64,000 nucleotides of DNA from an uncultured Dehalococcoidia bacterium (GTDB lineage: Bacteria; Chloroflexota; Dehalococcoidia; SZUA-161). Under the pieces are notes generated by a model, which was not told the DNA's origin, ran no database searches, and saw only the letters and a program-made list of their open reading frames with translations. Made by a program: the position numbers and the translations under genes. Position 1 is the stretch's first letter, and each line of letters starts with the position of its first letter. Positions 62,776 to 64,000 of the stretch are shown in pieces. The stretch is from contig CAZNOI010000005.1 in NCBI GenBank assembly GCA_964574685.1, positions 1,493 to 65,492 on the forward strand. Reading direction: 5' to 3'.

Positions 62776-63999
62776 TCACGGCACCGGTCTGAGACCCGGG
62801 CCCGAGTCTATGCCGGTACCGCCGAACGTAGACAGGTGGCCGAGTACCTCAACGAGAGCCCACTTGTCCATTTCCTCAAACTTGTACATTCTGCCGCCGC
62901 CAGCCTCGGCTATCTCCGAGTTATACCCCAGATGCAGCAGGTCATCGTCGGTGTCGATGACGACAAGGTGGAAGCCCCTTTTCTTCATCTCCCTTGACAG
63001 AGCAATCGCCTCCTTCCTGGCGTCGTTTGCGATGGGGACATTTCCCCTTCCGTCTGTCACGAGGACCATGATCGGGACCACGTTCCTGTTCTTCCATAGC
63101 TGAACCTGCAGCAGTTGAATACCCCTGTATATGCCGTCCGCGAGCGGTGTGCGGCCCTCGGTTGGTAGCTCACGAAGGTGCCTTGCCGCAAGCTCGACGC
63201 TGGATGTGGGCTGCAACAGCACGCCGGCCTTCTCTCCTGCAACGGCAACGAATGCGACCTTGTCTCTCTTGCGATACGCGTCCTCCAGGAGCACCAGCAC
63301 GCACTCTCGCGAGAGTTCCGCGGCTCGCAGAGTGGCCATCGATCCGGAGGCATCAACTACAAAAACGATTACGGAGGAGGCCTTCTTCGCCCTCACCTTC
63401 TCGCGTAGGTCCTGCTTCTCGATTCGGAGGCTTCCCGTTCTGAGGACAGCGGCCCTGACGGTGGCGTCGACGGCGATGTCCGTTGTGCGGTCTCCAGGGA
63501 GACAAGCCTTAACGTACTTGCCGCTGTGAGTGCTCAGCGTAGGGGCCCGCCTTCCCGAGCCGGTTCGACGCAGCTTGTCATTTTGGAGCCTCATTTCGGC
63601 GGGGCGCAAGACCTTCCCGGGGTTGATGGCATCGAATGCTCGCTCACCCTCTCCGCGACCTGTGTGAGGCTCCCCGTCATCAGATGACTCGCCGCCAGTG
63701 AGGCCAGACCTTGTTTCGCGGGATGCTCCCGCCCTTTCCCGCCCGCGTCGGATGACTCCATCCACTCTATCTGTTACCGGTTGCTGCTCCTCGAAGGGCA
63801 TCCTGCGCATCCTGTGCGGCAGCACGAGTTCTGCCGCTACTCTGAGGTCACCCTCCTCCACGTGTCGTCTCCCATCGAATGCGGCCATGGTCTTCGCGGC
63901 CCTGGCCATCAGGAAGTCGGCCCGGTGACCCTGAACCGCGAACTCGGAGCAGATGTCCGCCACTGTGTCGAGCAGGCTATCGGCGATCCCGACTTCGTT
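62776..63999 (-). CDS. Magnesium/cobalt chelatase ChlD/BchD-like subunit with VWA domain (5' part outside the window)
   Basis: GHRAD...AA.FDGR..V...D...A..LVLPHR AAA lid, then VWA MIDAS motif DASGSM and GRTPL, TDGRGN. Frame is open to the window edge. Confidence 0.9.
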   Translation of the reverse strand, partial: NEVGIADSLLDTVADICSEFAVQGHRADFLMARAAKTMAAFDGRRHVEEGDLRVAAELVLPHRMRRMPFEEQQPVTDRVDGVIRRGRERAGASRETRSGLTGGESSDDGEPHTGRGEGERAFDAINPGKVLRPAEMRLQNDKLRRTGSGRRAPTLSTHSGKYVKACLPGDRTTDIAVDATVRAAVLRTGSLRIEKQDLREKVRAKKASSVIVFVVDASGSMATLRAAELSRECVLVLLEDAYRKRDKVAFVAVAGEKAGVLLQPTSSVELAARHLRELPTEGRTPLADGIYRGIQLLQVQLWKNRNVVPIMVLVTDGRGNVPIANDARKEAIALSREMKKRGFHLVVIDTDDDLLHLGYNSEIAEAGGGRMYKFEEMDKWALVEVLGHLSTFGGTGIDSGPGLRPVP

Positions 64000-64000
64000 C

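Noticed and set aside
1-64000. rRNA, tRNA, tmRNA, RNase P RNA, transposases, reductive dehalogenases
   Set aside because: No diagnostic motifs seen on reading either strand. A tRNAscan-SE or Infernal run would be needed to exclude short RNAs formally.

Overview
GC-rich bacterial chromosome segment. The gene content suggests an anaerobic Chloroflexota, probably Dehalococcoidia-like; this is an inference, since no marker gene is present. I found no rRNA, tRNA, transposase, integrase or cas gene. From left to right: (1) a regulator block (MarR, OmpR-type regulator, HTH protein); (2) a lipid/acyl-CoA catabolic region (two acyl-CoA ligases, SCP2 protein, W/Mo aldehyde:ferredoxin oxidoreductase, fadN-fadA-fadE-like operon, ChoD-like GMC oxidoreductase); (3) a degenerate MoaE, an alpha/beta hydrolase and a TsrM-like B12 radical SAM enzyme; (4) an 18.6-24.4 kb island where GTAG-type REP/REPIN palindromes separate a run of co-oriented small orphan genes, with six consecutive genes stopping on the TAG of a GTAG; (5) three carboxyltransferase paralogs with apparently complementary motif changes; (6) rsmE and dnaJ; (7) a RiPP-type cluster (HprK-like kinase, PqqD/RRE, radical SAM-SPASM) whose 47-aa precursor is absent from the ORF track and overlaps the rSAM 3' end; (8) mixed membrane and redox genes, a NarL-type two-component system and a second AOR; (9) a five-gene operon with two different tubulin/FtsZ-superfamily GTPases plus membrane and coiled-coil partners behind a long leader; (10) a PhoR/PhoB-type pair, an ABC exporter with a PrsW-protease-fused permease, and a partial chelatase ChlD-like gene. 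The strongest candidates for an undescribed system are the dual-tubulin operon, the RiPP cluster and the REP-bounded cassette-like array. All family assignments come from motif recognition by eye, not from database searches.
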